The notes beneath the pieces are model-generated. The model searched no databases and had not been told where the DNA came from. It was given only the letters and a program-made list of their open reading frames with translations. A stretch of 64,000 nt of DNA from NCBI GenBank assembly GCA_021781345.1, contig JAJXWZ010000197.1, forward strand, positions 1,963 through 65,962. The letters run 5' to 3'. This stretch comes from Pseudomonadota bacterium. GTDB taxonomy: Bacteria; Pseudomonadota; Gammaproteobacteria; Xanthomonadales; Rhodanobacteraceae. Positions 12,109 to 24,880 of this stretch are shown here, piece after piece (position 1 is the first letter of the stretch; each line of letters opens with the position of its first letter). Made by a program: the position numbers and the translations under genes.

Positions 12109-12377
12109 GGTCTGGAACGGGCCGTCCATGGCCTGTCCAGACATGCCGAGTCCGGTACGGGTCCGTGCTCGGCTTGGCCGGATCAAGCAGCGAGTGCTTG
12201 ATCCGCGGCGGGCCTACCAGGGTCCGCGAGAACTCGGGTCCATTCCCGGACGGAATGGACCGAGCCGGCACCGCGGTGCCGGATGCCCCGCAAGGGGCGA
12301 CCCCGCCGAAACGGCGGTGAATCAAGACGGGCGGTATCGAAACCGCAGCAATGCAACGGCAGTATGGAGGACGGGTC

Positions 12378-13577
12378 ATGTTTGAACTGGTAGAACAACT
12401 GGCACCCAATGCGGTGATCAAGGTGATCGGCGTGGGTGGCGGCGGCGGCAACGCGGTCAGCCACATGGTCAATTCAGCCATCGACGGCGTGGAGTTCGTC
12501 TGCGCCAATACCGATGCGCAGGCGCTGAAAAGCTCCGGCGCGCGCACTACCCTGCAACTCGGCGAAACGGTGACCAAGGGCCTCGGTGCAGGCGCCAATC
12601 CCGAAATCGGCCGCCAGGCCGCGCTCGAGGACCGCGACCGCATCGTCGAGGTGCTGGACGGCGCCGACATGGTGTTCATCACCTGCGGCATGGGCGGCGG
12701 TACCGGCACCGGCGCGGCGCCGGTGGTGGCGCAACTGGCCAAGGAGAAGGGCATCCTGACGGTCGCGGTGGTGACCAAGCCATTCCCGTTCGAGGGCCGC
12801 CGGCGCATGCAGGTGGCGTTGAAGGGCATCGAGGACCTGTCGCAGTCGGTCGACTCGCTGATCACGGTTCCGAACGAGAAGCTGCTGACCGTGCTCGGCC
12901 GCGAAGTGACGCTGCTCAACGCGTTCAAGGCCGCCAACGACGTCTTGCAGGGCGCGGTCCAGGGGATCGCCGACCTGATCACCCGTCCGGGCCTGATCAA
13001 CGTCGATTTTGCCGACGTACGCACGGTGATGAGCGAAATGGGCATGGCCATGATGGGCACCGGAACCGCGCGCGGGGACGATCGCGCACAGGCCGCGGCC
13101 GAGGCGGCGATCAACAATCCGTTGCTGGAGAACGTGGACCTTTCCGGTGCCTGTGGCATCCTGGTCAACGTTACGGCCGGGCCGAACCTGACCATGCGCG
13201 AGTTCGACGAGATCGGCCGCGTGGTCCACGATTTCGCCAGCGAGGATGCGACCGTGGTGCTCGGTACCGCGCTCGACCCGGACCTTTCCGATGACGTGCG
13301 GGTCACGGTGGTCGCGACTGGCCTCAATCGTGCCGCCAAGCCCCAGTTGCGCCCAGTGGCGAAGCCGGAGATGGTCGAGATGCCGCAGCCGCGGCGGGTG
13401 CTGCGGACCGGGACCGACAACGGGGTGGTGGGTTTTTCCGCCCAACCGGAGTCGGTCGCCGCCCCGCTCGCGAGTCGCCATGCGGCTCCGGCTCCGGGCG
13501 GCAAGCCGGCCGCGGAGACCGCGGGAGTTCCGGACTATCTGGACATTCCGGCGTTCCTGCGCCGTCAGGCGGATTGA
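12378..13577 (+). CDS. ftsZ: Cell division GTPase FtsZ
   Basis: ATG at 12378 is preceded by GGAGGA. Motifs are [12 protein letters not shown] and the tubulin signature [14 protein letters not shown]-terminal tail is [14 protein letters not shown]. Confidence 0.96.
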   Translation: MFELVEQLAPNAVIKVIGVGGGGGNAVSHMVNSAIDGVEFVCANTDAQALKSSGARTTLQLGETVTKGLGAGANPEIGRQAALEDRDRIVEVLDGADMVFITCGMGGGTGTGAAPVVAQLAKEKGILTVAVVTKPFPFEGRRRMQVALKGIEDLSQSVDSLITVPNEKLLTVLGREVTLLNAFKAANDVLQGAVQGIADLITRPGLINVDFADVRTVMSEMGMAMMGTGTARGDDRAQAAAEAAINNPLLENVDLSGACGILVNVTAGPNLTMREFDEIGRVVHDFASEDATVVLGTALDPDLSDDVRVTVVATGLNRAAKPQLRPVAKPEMVEMPQPRRVLRTGTDNGVVGFSAQPESVAAPLASRHAAPAPGGKPAAETAGVPDYLDIPAFLRRQAD

Positions 13578-13948
13578 TGGCGTGAAGGCGAAACCGGCGG
13601 ACTCCATGACCTCCAAGTTCGACCGGCTTCGATGATGCAGCGGGGCGGGCAGGGGAAGCCCGTGTCCCCGACGGCACTCGCCGTGACGCCGTTTCCTGAC
13701 CCGCGCTGCCGGACTCCCGTCCCCGGCAGCGCGGGCGGATGTTCGACGCGGGGAACCTCGGCGGACCGGTGCGGTCCCTTGCAATCGGGGGCCGCGTTTC
13801 CACGTCAGGCGCCGGGCGTTACTTGGTACCCGCGAGGTACTTGCCGTACGCCCAGTAACTGAACGCACGGGTCCACTTTATTCGGCCTGTCAACCGTGAT
13901 AGCATCGCCCACGTTTTAGCGTTGTCCTAACGGGAATCCAACGAAAAA

Positions 13949-14860
13949 ATGATCAAGCAGCGCACGCTCAAGAACGTGATCCGCGCGACGGGCGTCGGCC
14001 TGCACACGGGCGAAAAGGTGTACATGACGCTGCGTCCCGCGGCGGTCAACACCGGCATCGTCTTCCGGCGCACCGACCTGCCGGAACCGGTCATCATTCC
14101 GTCCCGCTGCGAGTACGTCGGCGATACCCGGCTGTCCAGCACCCTGATCAAGGGCGACGTGCGCGTGGGTACCGTCGAGCACCTGCTCTCGGCGATGGCC
14201 GGACTTGGCATCGACAACGCCTACGTCGATCTTTCGGCGCCTGAAGTCCCGATCATGGACGGCAGCGCGGGGCCTTTCGTGTTCCTGCTGCAATCGGCCG
14301 GCATCGAGGAGCAGTCCGCGCCCAAGCGCTTCATCCGCATCAAGAAACCGGTCAAGGTCGAAGAAGGTGACAAGTGGGCCGAGTTCAAGCCCTTCGACGG
14401 CTTCAAGGTCGGCTTTTCGATCGAGTTCCAGCATCCGATCTTCTCGCGTCGCGCCTCGCGCGCCGAGATCGATTTCTCGACCACCTCCTTCGTCAAGGAA
14501 GTCAGCCGCGCACGTACCTTCGGCTTCATGCGCGACATCGAAATGCTGCGCGAGAGGAACCTGGCCCTCGGCGGATCGATGGACAACGCCATCGTGCTGG
14601 ACGACTACCGCGTCCTCAACGAGGACGGGCTGCGCTACGAAGACGAGTTCGTCAAGCACAAGATCCTCGACGCGATCGGCGACCTGTACCTGCTCGGCCA
14701 CAGCCTGATCGGTGCCTTCTTCGGCCACAAGTCCGGCCACCAGTTGAACAACCAGTTGCTGCGCGCACTGCTGGCCGACAAGACCGCTTGGGAAGAAGTC
14801 ACCTTCGACGATCCCGCACTGGCCCCGATTTCCTACGCCCATCCCGCCCAGGCGGTGTAA
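13949..14860 (+). CDS. lpxC: UDP-3-O-acyl-N-acetylglucosamine deacetylase LpxC
   Basis: 303-aa [12 protein letters not shown]...[10 protein letters not shown]...[14 protein letters not shown], the classic LpxC sequence in its position after ftsZ. Confidence 0.95.
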   Translation: MIKQRTLKNVIRATGVGLHTGEKVYMTLRPAAVNTGIVFRRTDLPEPVIIPSRCEYVGDTRLSSTLIKGDVRVGTVEHLLSAMAGLGIDNAYVDLSAPEVPIMDGSAGPFVFLLQSAGIEEQSAPKRFIRIKKPVKVEEGDKWAEFKPFDGFKVGFSIEFQHPIFSRRASRAEIDFSTTSFVKEVSRARTFGFMRDIEMLRERNLALGGSMDNAIVLDDYRVLNEDGLRYEDEFVKHKILDAIGDLYLLGHSLIGAFFGHKSGHQLNNQLLRALLADKTAWEEVTFDDPALAPISYAHPAQAV

Positions 14861-15167
14861 CGGCGGGCGTCCCCCAGCCGGATTGCATCGCAGGGGTGTC
14901 TGGCGTCTTCGGCGTGCCGAAGCCCCGGCCCGCCACCACTCGAAAGCCGCCTTGCCCCGGGAAACCGCCGCGCAGCCTGCCTTTAAGGCATGGTCGCGGG
15001 GCTGCCGGCCTTGTCTGCGACGGGCTGCGCCCCGCGCCGAATTCCAGATACCCTTGCCCCGGATACGTGACGGCGTGCTGCTTCCTGCGTTGGCACGCCG
15101 GTGCGTGCCCGTGTTATAAGGTTTGCTTCCGTCGGCGGATCGAGGGGGCGGGGCCGGCCCGCGCGCG

Positions 15168-15668
15168 TCATGTGGTGTTCGAGTGGTCTGCCAATGCGGC
15201 CATTTCGAGGAACAAGGCGCGCAAGTCGGGGTCGGAGATGGCCATCGCCGCGGCGCGCATGTGTTGCGCGGCACGCGGCGACGGCGGTTGCACGGTGGCG
15301 GAGTCACCGTCGGATGCCTGGATGGGCATCACCTTGGCCGCGACGGAGGTCGCGGCCAGGCCCAGGCTGCGCACGGCCGCGAGGATGCGCGACTGGTCCA
15401 TGCGAACCCGGGTCGCCCATGCGGGCGATTCGACCAGCAGCAGGACCCGGTCGTTGCGCACCCCGGCGTGGCGGACGTGGTCGCGCAGCGGAGCGTGCAA
15501 CAATGGAATGATTTGCCGGCTCAAGTGGTCGAGTTCGCGTGCCCGGGCGGCCAGGTCGGCGATCGGCGCGCACTGCGACAGCGGAGTCGGGCCGTGGGTG
15601 TCGCGAGGCGGTAGCGGTCGGGCAGGAGACAAGAGACGATGGTTCAAGAGGTTTGTTGACATGGGCAT
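15168..15668 (-). CDS. DUF721-like (DciA-like) small protein
   Basis: C-terminal 166 aa of minus ORF 15168..16028, starting at MPMSTNLLN. The segment LLLVESPAWATRVRMDQSRILAAV resembles the DUF721 family usually found between lpxC and secA in related genomes. The start is uncertain. Confidence 0.55.
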   Translation of the reverse strand: MPMSTNLLNHRLLSPARPLPPRDTHGPTPLSQCAPIADLAARARELDHLSRQIIPLLHAPLRDHVRHAGVRNDRVLLLVESPAWATRVRMDQSRILAAVRSLGLAATSVAAKVMPIQASDGDSATVQPPSPRAAQHMRAAAMAISDPDLRALFLEMAALADHSNTT

Positions 15669-16593
15669 GATACTGGTTGCCCGTTCGCGGAGATGCGCAT
15701 TTTCGGATGCCTGTCTCGAAGAACGCCGCCATGCCAACCGCCGGTTGCAAAAGCGACTTGCGCTCGGCATGGCCGTGTGCGTGGCCGCCAGCGCGGCGCT
15801 CGCGGTGTGGGTCGCCAGTCCGAGCGGCCGGACGCTGGCGCGGATCGACGCCATGAACCGGCAGATCGCGGCACAGAAGGCGGAGTTGCAGCAGGTGCGC
15901 GACAACGCGCAGCGCGACATCAGCCGGATGGCGATCAAGCTCGGCGAGCTGCAGGCCGATTCGGCACGGCTGGATGCGCTGGGACAGCGCCTCGTGGTGG
16001 CCGGCAAGCTCGATCCCGCCGAATTCAATTTCGACCAGGCCCCCGGCCTCGGTGGCCCGGAGAAGGCCGTGGCGCCGGTCCGCTCGCTGCCCTACGACCT
16101 TTCGGTCAGCATGGAACAGTTGGCGCAGCGCTTCGACAATCAACAGACCCAGTTGGGTGTCCTGCAGTCGCTGCTGACCGACCGCCAGGTCACCGCCAGC
16201 CTGATCCCTTCCGGCATGCCGATCAAGGATGGCTACATCACCTCGCCGTTCGGCGAGCGCATCGACCCGTTCACCGGGCGCGACAGCTTCCATCCGGGGC
16301 TCGACATCGGGGCGTACCGGGGCGAACCGGTCCACGCCGTTGCCGCCGGCGTGGTGACCTACGCCGGCGTGCGCGACGGTTACGGCGAAGTGGTCGAGAT
16401 CGATCACGGCGACGGGTACATGACCCGCTATGCCCACAACAGCAAGCTGCTGGTGCATGTGGGTGAGCATGTGCATTCGGGCGAGGTGATCTCGGATGCC
16501 GGGTCCACCGGACGTTCCACCGGCCCGCACGTGCATTTCGAGGTGTGGCACGACGGGAAGTTGGTCAATCCCATTGCCTACGTGCGTAGGTAA
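15661..16593 (+). CDS. M23 family metallopeptidase (coiled-coil N-terminus, LytM domain C-terminus)
   Basis: 3' part of long ORF 14374..16593. The LytM domain motifs are FHPGLDI and MTRYAHNSKLLVHVGEHVHSGEVISDAGSTGRSTGPHVHFEV. Start is 15661 or the in-frame ATG at 15769, which precedes the hydrophobic segment MAVCVAASAALAVWV. Confidence 0.8.
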   Translation: MGMILVARSRRCAFSDACLEERRHANRRLQKRLALGMAVCVAASAALAVWVASPSGRTLARIDAMNRQIAAQKAELQQVRDNAQRDISRMAIKLGELQADSARLDALGQRLVVAGKLDPAEFNFDQAPGLGGPEKAVAPVRSLPYDLSVSMEQLAQRFDNQQTQLGVLQSLLTDRQVTASLIPSGMPIKDGYITSPFGERIDPFTGRDSFHPGLDIGAYRGEPVHAVAAGVVTYAGVRDGYGEVVEIDHGDGYMTRYAHNSKLLVHVGEHVHSGEVISDAGSTGRSTGPHVHFEVWHDGKLVNPIAYVRR

Positions 16594-16839
16594 TTTGTGC
16601 GATCGTCCCTAGTCGCCGGATCGTTGGGAACCCGTGCAACCTGTCGGGTGTGCGAGCCTCGCATACCACAACGCCCTTCCATGGGCTGACTATGACCACA
16701 GCTGCTCCGACGGGCACTTCATCGTGTTTGTTTCCTTGAAATCCAGCGGACTCGCCGCCATCCCTAGGCGCGGACGGCATGACCTTTTATCATGCCCGAT
16801 TGACTTTCAAACCAGTCGCGGAACCTCGAACCCAGTCCG

Positions 16840-19593
<2,754 letters not shown>

Positions 19594-19920
19594 GGTAATT
19601 TCCGCTTCCCTCGCGTGCGCGGGAGCGGGCCAGGAGCCGCATGGGTAGCGGCCATGCGATGCCACCGCCAGTGTCATTCCGGCCCGGGACGGGCTGAATC
19701 CATCGCCGGCCCGGCCGGCCTTTATTGCGGGCTTCCGCGCCCGCCCGCCGCATCGCCATGGATTGCCACCGGGTCCGCCCCGGCGCTCGAACTGCCGTAC
19801 GTGCCGTTCCGGCCGGTGTCAAGTCGGGAGCCCATCTCGCGGTGCGATGCGGTGGGAATAACGACGCCCGGTTCCAGCGGCCAGGGGTTCCGGAAACCGG
19901 GCATTGCACTTCCCCAACCC

Positions 19921-22900
19921 CTACCTGATCTGCACGGGTGTTCCCGGCATCCGCTCGTCCGCGCCATCGGCGATCACGACAGGCGGCAACCGGTTTGACC
20001 GAAGCGTGGCATTCAGGGCATTCAAGTCGCGTCCCTCGAGCGATCGCCAGCGCCGCACCACGGACTCCATGGCCCGACGATACTCGGCGTATTCCGCATG
20101 GAACTGCGCGGTGGGTGCGTTGGCCGACATCATGTTGACCTCGTTGGACAAATAGGCAATCCGCACGTTCAGGCGAACCGGGTAGTTGAGCAGCCCGATG
20201 CCGGTCTTGGCCTTGTATTGATAGAGTTCGCCCTGCAAGGCCAGCGCCCTGGCGTCCAGCGCCGAAGCCATTTTCAGGATGTCCGCGTTGCCACTCGCTT
20301 TGCACTCCAGGGCCTGCAATTGGTGGCGCATGTCCAAAATCTGGTTGGCGACGGCATGGTTTTGCCAAAGCAGGTTCTGCGCCTCGTTTGACAGGTTGAA
20401 TTGCTCGACGAGATCGGCCTGCGTGGCTTTCGAGCGCGGATCATTCCTGACCTCCAACACTTGTCGATACGATTTCCCGTCGACCGTCAGCACGACCTTG
20501 TACTTACCCGGAACGACGTACGCCCCGTTCGGTCCCCGGCCTTCGTCATAGGCGACCTTGTCGTGGATCGGCGGTGCCGCGGGAAACCGCAAGTCCCAGA
20601 CGAACCGGTTGATGCCGGGATGGTCGGTCAGCATGGTGTCGCCGACGGGATGGCGCATGAAGCCACCCTTGTTGGACTTCCAGGACGCATCCCCGACATT
20701 GTTGAACGAATTGACCAGATTGCCGGCTCCATCGTAGATCGCCAACGTGATTTTCCCCACCGGCTTCGTCTTCAAGTAATAGGCAATGACATCGTTGGGT
20801 GGGTTCTCGCCTGCCTGATTACCCGCGGCGCGGTGCCCGCCCCCGGGCATGCGCAGGATCAATGCGGGTGCGGACTTGAACACGTGGGCCGGGCTCTGGA
20901 TCACCGCTTCGCCGAGCTCGCGCAACGCGGATATGTCGTCCATGCCCCAAGCCGAGCGTCCATGCGTCGCCACGATGAGATCGGCGCCCTTGATCGCGAT
21001 GTCGCGAACCTCGGAGGTAGGGAGGTTCAGCTGCAGCGACTGCCACAGTCGGCCGCCGTTGAACGACACTTCCACGCCATTCGCGGTCCCGGCGAACAGC
21101 AGGTCCGGGTTCACGGTGTCCTGCCTGACCACGTACACGTAATCGGGTGCGCTGAGTCCGTTGACGAGGCTCGACCATGTGGCGCCGTAATCGTGCGTCA
21201 CGAACACGTAAGGCGCGTCGTCCCCCAGTTGATGGGCATCGACCGTGAGAAAGGCAGTACCCGGATCGAAACGCGAAGGCTCGATCGAATCGACGCGGCC
21301 CCACCGCGGCATCCCGGGCGGCGTGATCTTGTTGTAGGTCTTGCCGCCGTCCAGGGTCAGCCAGACCAGGCCGTCATCGGTCCCCAGCCAGATTTCGTCC
21401 TTGCGGATCGGGGACGGCGCAATGGCGTAAATGACGTCGTAGTACTCGACGCTCGCATTGTCCTGGGTAATCGGTCCGCCCGAGGATTGTTGCCTGGACT
21501 TGTCGTTGCGGGTCAGGTCCTTGCTGATGACCGACCAGCTCCTGCCGCTGTCCTTGCTCACCATCAGGTACTGCGACCCCAGGTAGAGCGGGTGCCCGCC
21601 CTCGACCTGCCAGGAGGCGAACGCAAACGGATCGGTCCAGGTGAAGCGGTACCTCAAATCCTTCGCGGCATGCCCGCCATTGGCATTCGACCACGGGGCG
21701 ATGTCCTGGATGGTTTGGGTACGCAGGCTGTAACGGGTCAGGCCCCCCGCGTAGCCTCCTTCGACAATGTAGTCTGGATCGTTGGGATCGGCGAACACGT
21801 AGCCCGACTCGCCATCGTCCCCGCCCACGTTGAACACATCCTTCGCGGAGATTCCGCCGAGGCCCCGGCTCGCGGTGCCGAAGGCGCACCCGGACGGGCA
21901 ATCCTGGTCCGAAGCGTAGATGTTGTAGGGGAAGCGGTCGTCCGTCGATACGTGGTATAGCTGTGCGATCGGCAGGTTGTAATACTTGCCCCAGGTCTTG
22001 CCGCCGTCCACGCTCGTCACCACCCCCTGGTCGTGACCCTGGATCATCAGTTCGGGGTGGAGTGGGTTCATCCAGAAGGCGTGATTGTCTCCGCCCGGGA
22101 TCGCAACCGAATGCCAGGTGCGGCCGCCGTCGGTTGACTTGAAGAAACCGGTGTTCGTGGCATACAGCGTATTTGCGTCCACGGGATCGGCGAAAACATT
22201 GGTGAAGTACCAGGCGCGCGCGCGGATGCGTTGGTCGGCACTGATCCGCTTCCAGTCCACACCGCCGTTGTCGGAGCGATACAGGCCACCATCCCGGGCC
22301 TCGATGAGCGCATAGACGACCTGGCCATGCGAGTTTCCGCCGGCCACGGCAACCCCGATCTTGCCCAGCACGCCGGAAGGCAGGCCGTGGCCCTGCAGGC
22401 GCGTCCAGGTCTTGCCCTCGTCCGTCGATTTGAACAAGCCATCACCCTTGCCGCCGCTCGAGAAATGCCATGGCGTGCGACGGATCGTCCACATGCCCGC
22501 GTACACGACCGACGGATCGGAAGGGTCCATGGACAGATCGATGCCGCCTGTGCGGTCGTTGACATACAGGGTCTTGCTCCAGGTCCTGCCGCCATCGGTG
22601 GAGCGGAAGATGCCGCGCTCCTTGCTGGCGCCGTAGATTCGGCCAAGCGCGGAAACCATGACGACGTTGGGATCCTTTGGGTCCACCACGATCTTCGCGA
22701 TGTGGCGGGTGGCCTTGAGACCGACATTCGTCCAGCTCTTGCCACCATCGGTCGACTTGTAGACGCCGTCGCCAAAGGTCACGTCGCCGCGGGAATCGGC
22801 CTCGCCCGTACCGACATAGACCACGTTCGGATCCGATGGAGCCACCGCGATCGCGCCGATCGAAGCCACCGGCTCGTGGTTGAAGAGCGGCTTCCACGAC

Positions 22901-23139
22901 AACCCCGAATTGGTCGTCTTCCACACTCCACCGTTGGCGCTGCCGAAATAGAACGTCCGTGGCTGGGTCGGCACGCCGGCTACCGCGAGCACCCGGCCGC
23001 CATCGAAGGGTCCGATCAATCGCCAGCGCAGGTTCGAATACACGCTCGCGGGTACCGTCTGCGCCGCGGCGCCGGCTGCGAACAGCAAGGCGAGAAGGCA
23101 CGTGCAAAGTTGCACGCGTGTCTTGGTGGCAATACTCAT
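19921..23139 (-). CDS. Secreted Asp-box (BNR / sortilin-Vps10-like) tandem beta-propeller protein, possible glycosidase
   Basis: 1072-aa ORF with a signal-peptide-like N-terminus (LLALLFAAGAAAQ). It has at least 10 S-x-D-x-G-x-[ST]-W Asp boxes, for example KSTDGGKSWTNV, RSTDGGRTWSKT, KSTDEGKTWTRL, KSTDGGRTWHSV, TSVDGGKTWGKY and VSKDSGRSWSVI. Confidence 0.8.
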   Translation of the reverse strand: MSIATKTRVQLCTCLLALLFAAGAAAQTVPASVYSNLRWRLIGPFDGGRVLAVAGVPTQPRTFYFGSANGGVWKTTNSGLSWKPLFNHEPVASIGAIAVAPSDPNVVYVGTGEADSRGDVTFGDGVYKSTDGGKSWTNVGLKATRHIAKIVVDPKDPNVVMVSALGRIYGASKERGIFRSTDGGRTWSKTLYVNDRTGGIDLSMDPSDPSVVYAGMWTIRRTPWHFSSGGKGDGLFKSTDEGKTWTRLQGHGLPSGVLGKIGVAVAGGNSHGQVVYALIEARDGGLYRSDNGGVDWKRISADQRIRARAWYFTNVFADPVDANTLYATNTGFFKSTDGGRTWHSVAIPGGDNHAFWMNPLHPELMIQGHDQGVVTSVDGGKTWGKYYNLPIAQLYHVSTDDRFPYNIYASDQDCPSGCAFGTASRGLGGISAKDVFNVGGDDGESGYVFADPNDPDYIVEGGYAGGLTRYSLRTQTIQDIAPWSNANGGHAAKDLRYRFTWTDPFAFASWQVEGGHPLYLGSQYLMVSKDSGRSWSVISKDLTRNDKSRQQSSGGPITQDNASVEYYDVIYAIAPSPIRKDEIWLGTDDGLVWLTLDGGKTYNKITPPGMPRWGRVDSIEPSRFDPGTAFLTVDAHQLGDDAPYVFVTHDYGATWSSLVNGLSAPDYVYVVRQDTVNPDLLFAGTANGVEVSFNGGRLWQSLQLNLPTSEVRDIAIKGADLIVATHGRSAWGMDDISALRELGEAVIQSPAHVFKSAPALILRMPGGGHRAAGNQAGENPPNDVIAYYLKTKPVGKITLAIYDGAGNLVNSFNNVGDASWKSNKGGFMRHPVGDTMLTDHPGINRFVWDLRFPAAPPIHDKVAYDEGRGPNGAYVVPGKYKVVLTVDGKSYRQVLEVRNDPRSKATQADLVEQFNLSNEAQNLLWQNHAVANQILDMRHQLQALECKASGNADILKMASALDARALALQGELYQYKAKTGIGLLNYPVRLNVRIAYLSNEVNMMSANAPTAQFHAEYAEYRRAMESVVRRWRSLEGRDLNALNATLRSNRLPPVVIADGADERMPGTPVQIR

Positions 23140-23352
23140 GATGACAACCTTCGATGATAGATTTCCCCGCGCCGGTTAGCGGGCGTCGTACGCCGTCCCG
23201 GTAACCGCGGATTTGCATGGTAGCGTGGCGCGATCGCGAAACGTGCCGAACCGACTGCTGTCGGTGGCAGGCCGGCGCAGGCAGGGACCCGGGAAAGCGC
23301 GCTGCTTTGGGCAAGGCCACGGCAACCCGTGCATGGTACAAGCGGTACCGTT

Positions 23353-24270
23353 CTACGCCATCAGCGCCGCGACATGCGCGGCGGTGCATTCGCGCAGGGC
23401 CTGCAGGTCGTAGCCTCCTTCGAGCGCGGACACGACGCGGCCGCCTGCATGGCGGTCGGCGATCTCGCACAGGCGCTGCGTGATCCAGGTGTAGTCGCCG
23501 GTCGCGAGCTGCAGCTGAGCCAGCGGATCGCGGGCGTGCGCATCGAAGCCCGCCGACATCAGCAGCAGTTGCGGGCGGAACAGGTCGAGTTGCGGCAGCA
23601 GGACGGTGTCCCACACCGCGCGGAACTCGATCGACCCGGCACCGGGTCGCAGCGGCGCGTTGACGATGTTGCCGGCACCGTGCTCGTTGGCGGCGCCGGT
23701 GCCTGGATACAGCGGCATCTGGTGGCTCGAGGCATACAGGGCGCGTGGATCGTGCCGGAAGATGTCCTGGGTGCCATTGCCGTGGTGGACGTCGAAATCG
23801 ACGATGGCGACGCGGCGCAAGCCGTGCGCGGCCAGTGCGTGCGCCGCCGCGGCCGCGACGCTGTTGAACAGGCAGAAGCCCATCGCGGCGTTGCGTGTCG
23901 CATGATGGCCGGGAGGGCGCACCGCGCAGAAAGCGTGCCGGGTTTCGCCGGCGAGTACCGCATCCGTGGCTGCGCAGGCCGCCCCGGCCGCGTGCAGCGC
24001 GGCTTCCAGCGAACCCGTCGACATCATGGTGTCCGGATCGAGCTGCACGCGTCCCGCAGTTGGCGCGCTCGCGAATACGTCGTCCACGTAGTCGGGGTTG
24101 TGCACGCGCTCGATCTGCTCGCGCGTCGCACGCGGCGCCTCGATCCGCTCGATCGCGGCGAAGCGCGGGTCGTCCAGTGCCTCCAGCACCGCGCGCAGTC
24201 GCGCCGGTGATTCCGCGTGCCCGGTGCCGGGATCGTGTTCGAGACAGGCAGGGTGGGTATAGATCAGCAT
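23353..24270 (-). CDS. Histone deacetylase-family (class II HDAC / acetylpolyamine amidohydrolase-like) protein
   Basis: Internal ATG at 24270 (MLIYTHPACLEHD) of ORF 23353..24495. Catalytic blocks are RPPGHHA and DFDVHHGNGTQDIF. Confidence 0.85.
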   Translation of the reverse strand: MLIYTHPACLEHDPGTGHAESPARLRAVLEALDDPRFAAIERIEAPRATREQIERVHNPDYVDDVFASAPTAGRVQLDPDTMMSTGSLEAALHAAGAACAATDAVLAGETRHAFCAVRPPGHHATRNAAMGFCLFNSVAAAAAHALAAHGLRRVAIVDFDVHHGNGTQDIFRHDPRALYASSHQMPLYPGTGAANEHGAGNIVNAPLRPGAGSIEFRAVWDTVLLPQLDLFRPQLLLMSAGFDAHARDPLAQLQLATGDYTWITQRLCEIADRHAGGRVVSALEGGYDLQALRECTAAHVAALMA

Positions 24271-24298
24271 GGCCGTCGGGAGCGATCCTGGGGCCGGC

Positions 24299-24862
24299 TC
24301 AGTCGGGGCGTGCGCGCTTGGCATGCTGCCACAGCACCTCGCCGTGGCCGCTGGCGAGCGCCAGTACCCGTGCCAGCACGAACAGCAGGTCCGACAGGCG
24401 GTTGAGGTAATGCACCACTTCGGGGCGCACGTCCTCGCTGCGGGCCAGCGTGACCACGCGGCGTTCGGCGCGCCGGCATACGGTTCGCGCGACATGGCAA
24501 TGCGCCGCCGCCTTGCCGCCGCCCGGGAGGATGAATTCCTTCAGCCGCGGCAGGCCGGCGTTGTACTGATCGAGCGACCGTTCCAGGGCGGTGACGTCGG
24601 CAGCCTGGACCATGGCCATGCCGGGCACGCACAGTTCACCGCCGAGGTCGAACAGGGCGTGCTGTATGCGCACCAGCAGCTCGCGGATATCGCCGGGCAG
24701 GTCCCCGCAGGCCAGCAGCACGCCGAGGAAGGAGTTCAGTTCGTCGACGGTGCCGTAGGCTTCGACGCGTGCGGAATCCTTGGACGTGCGCGAGCCGTCC
24801 CCGAGGCCGGTGGTGCCGTCGTCGCCGGTGCGGGTGTAAATCCTGGAAAGGCGGTTGCCCAC
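24299..24862 (-). CDS. PduO-type ATP:cob(I)alamin adenosyltransferase
   Basis: 187-aa ORF starting MGNRLSRIYTRTGDDGTTGL, then EAYGTVDELNSFLG. This is the typical PduO/MMAB N-terminal signature. Confidence 0.85.
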   Translation of the reverse strand: MGNRLSRIYTRTGDDGTTGLGDGSRTSKDSARVEAYGTVDELNSFLGVLLACGDLPGDIRELLVRIQHALFDLGGELCVPGMAMVQAADVTALERSLDQYNAGLPRLKEFILPGGGKAAAHCHVARTVCRRAERRVVTLARSEDVRPEVVHYLNRLSDLLFVLARVLALASGHGEVLWQHAKRARPD

Positions 24863-24880
24863 GGTGCCAAGCGGCGGGCG

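Noticed and set aside
16594-16839. secM-like leader ORF upstream of secA (ORF 16634..16855)
   Set aside because: The 73-aa translation has no signal peptide and no arrest motif of the FxxxxWIxxxxGIRAGP type. It also runs into the secA start in another frame and looks like random sequence. It is treated as a non-coding secA leader/promoter region.
19602-19628. Hairpin after secA as a Rho-independent terminator
   Set aside because: CCGCT(T)CCC…GGGAGCGG can pair with one bulge, but no T-tract follows. It may be a stabilising structure, but support is insufficient for a terminator call.
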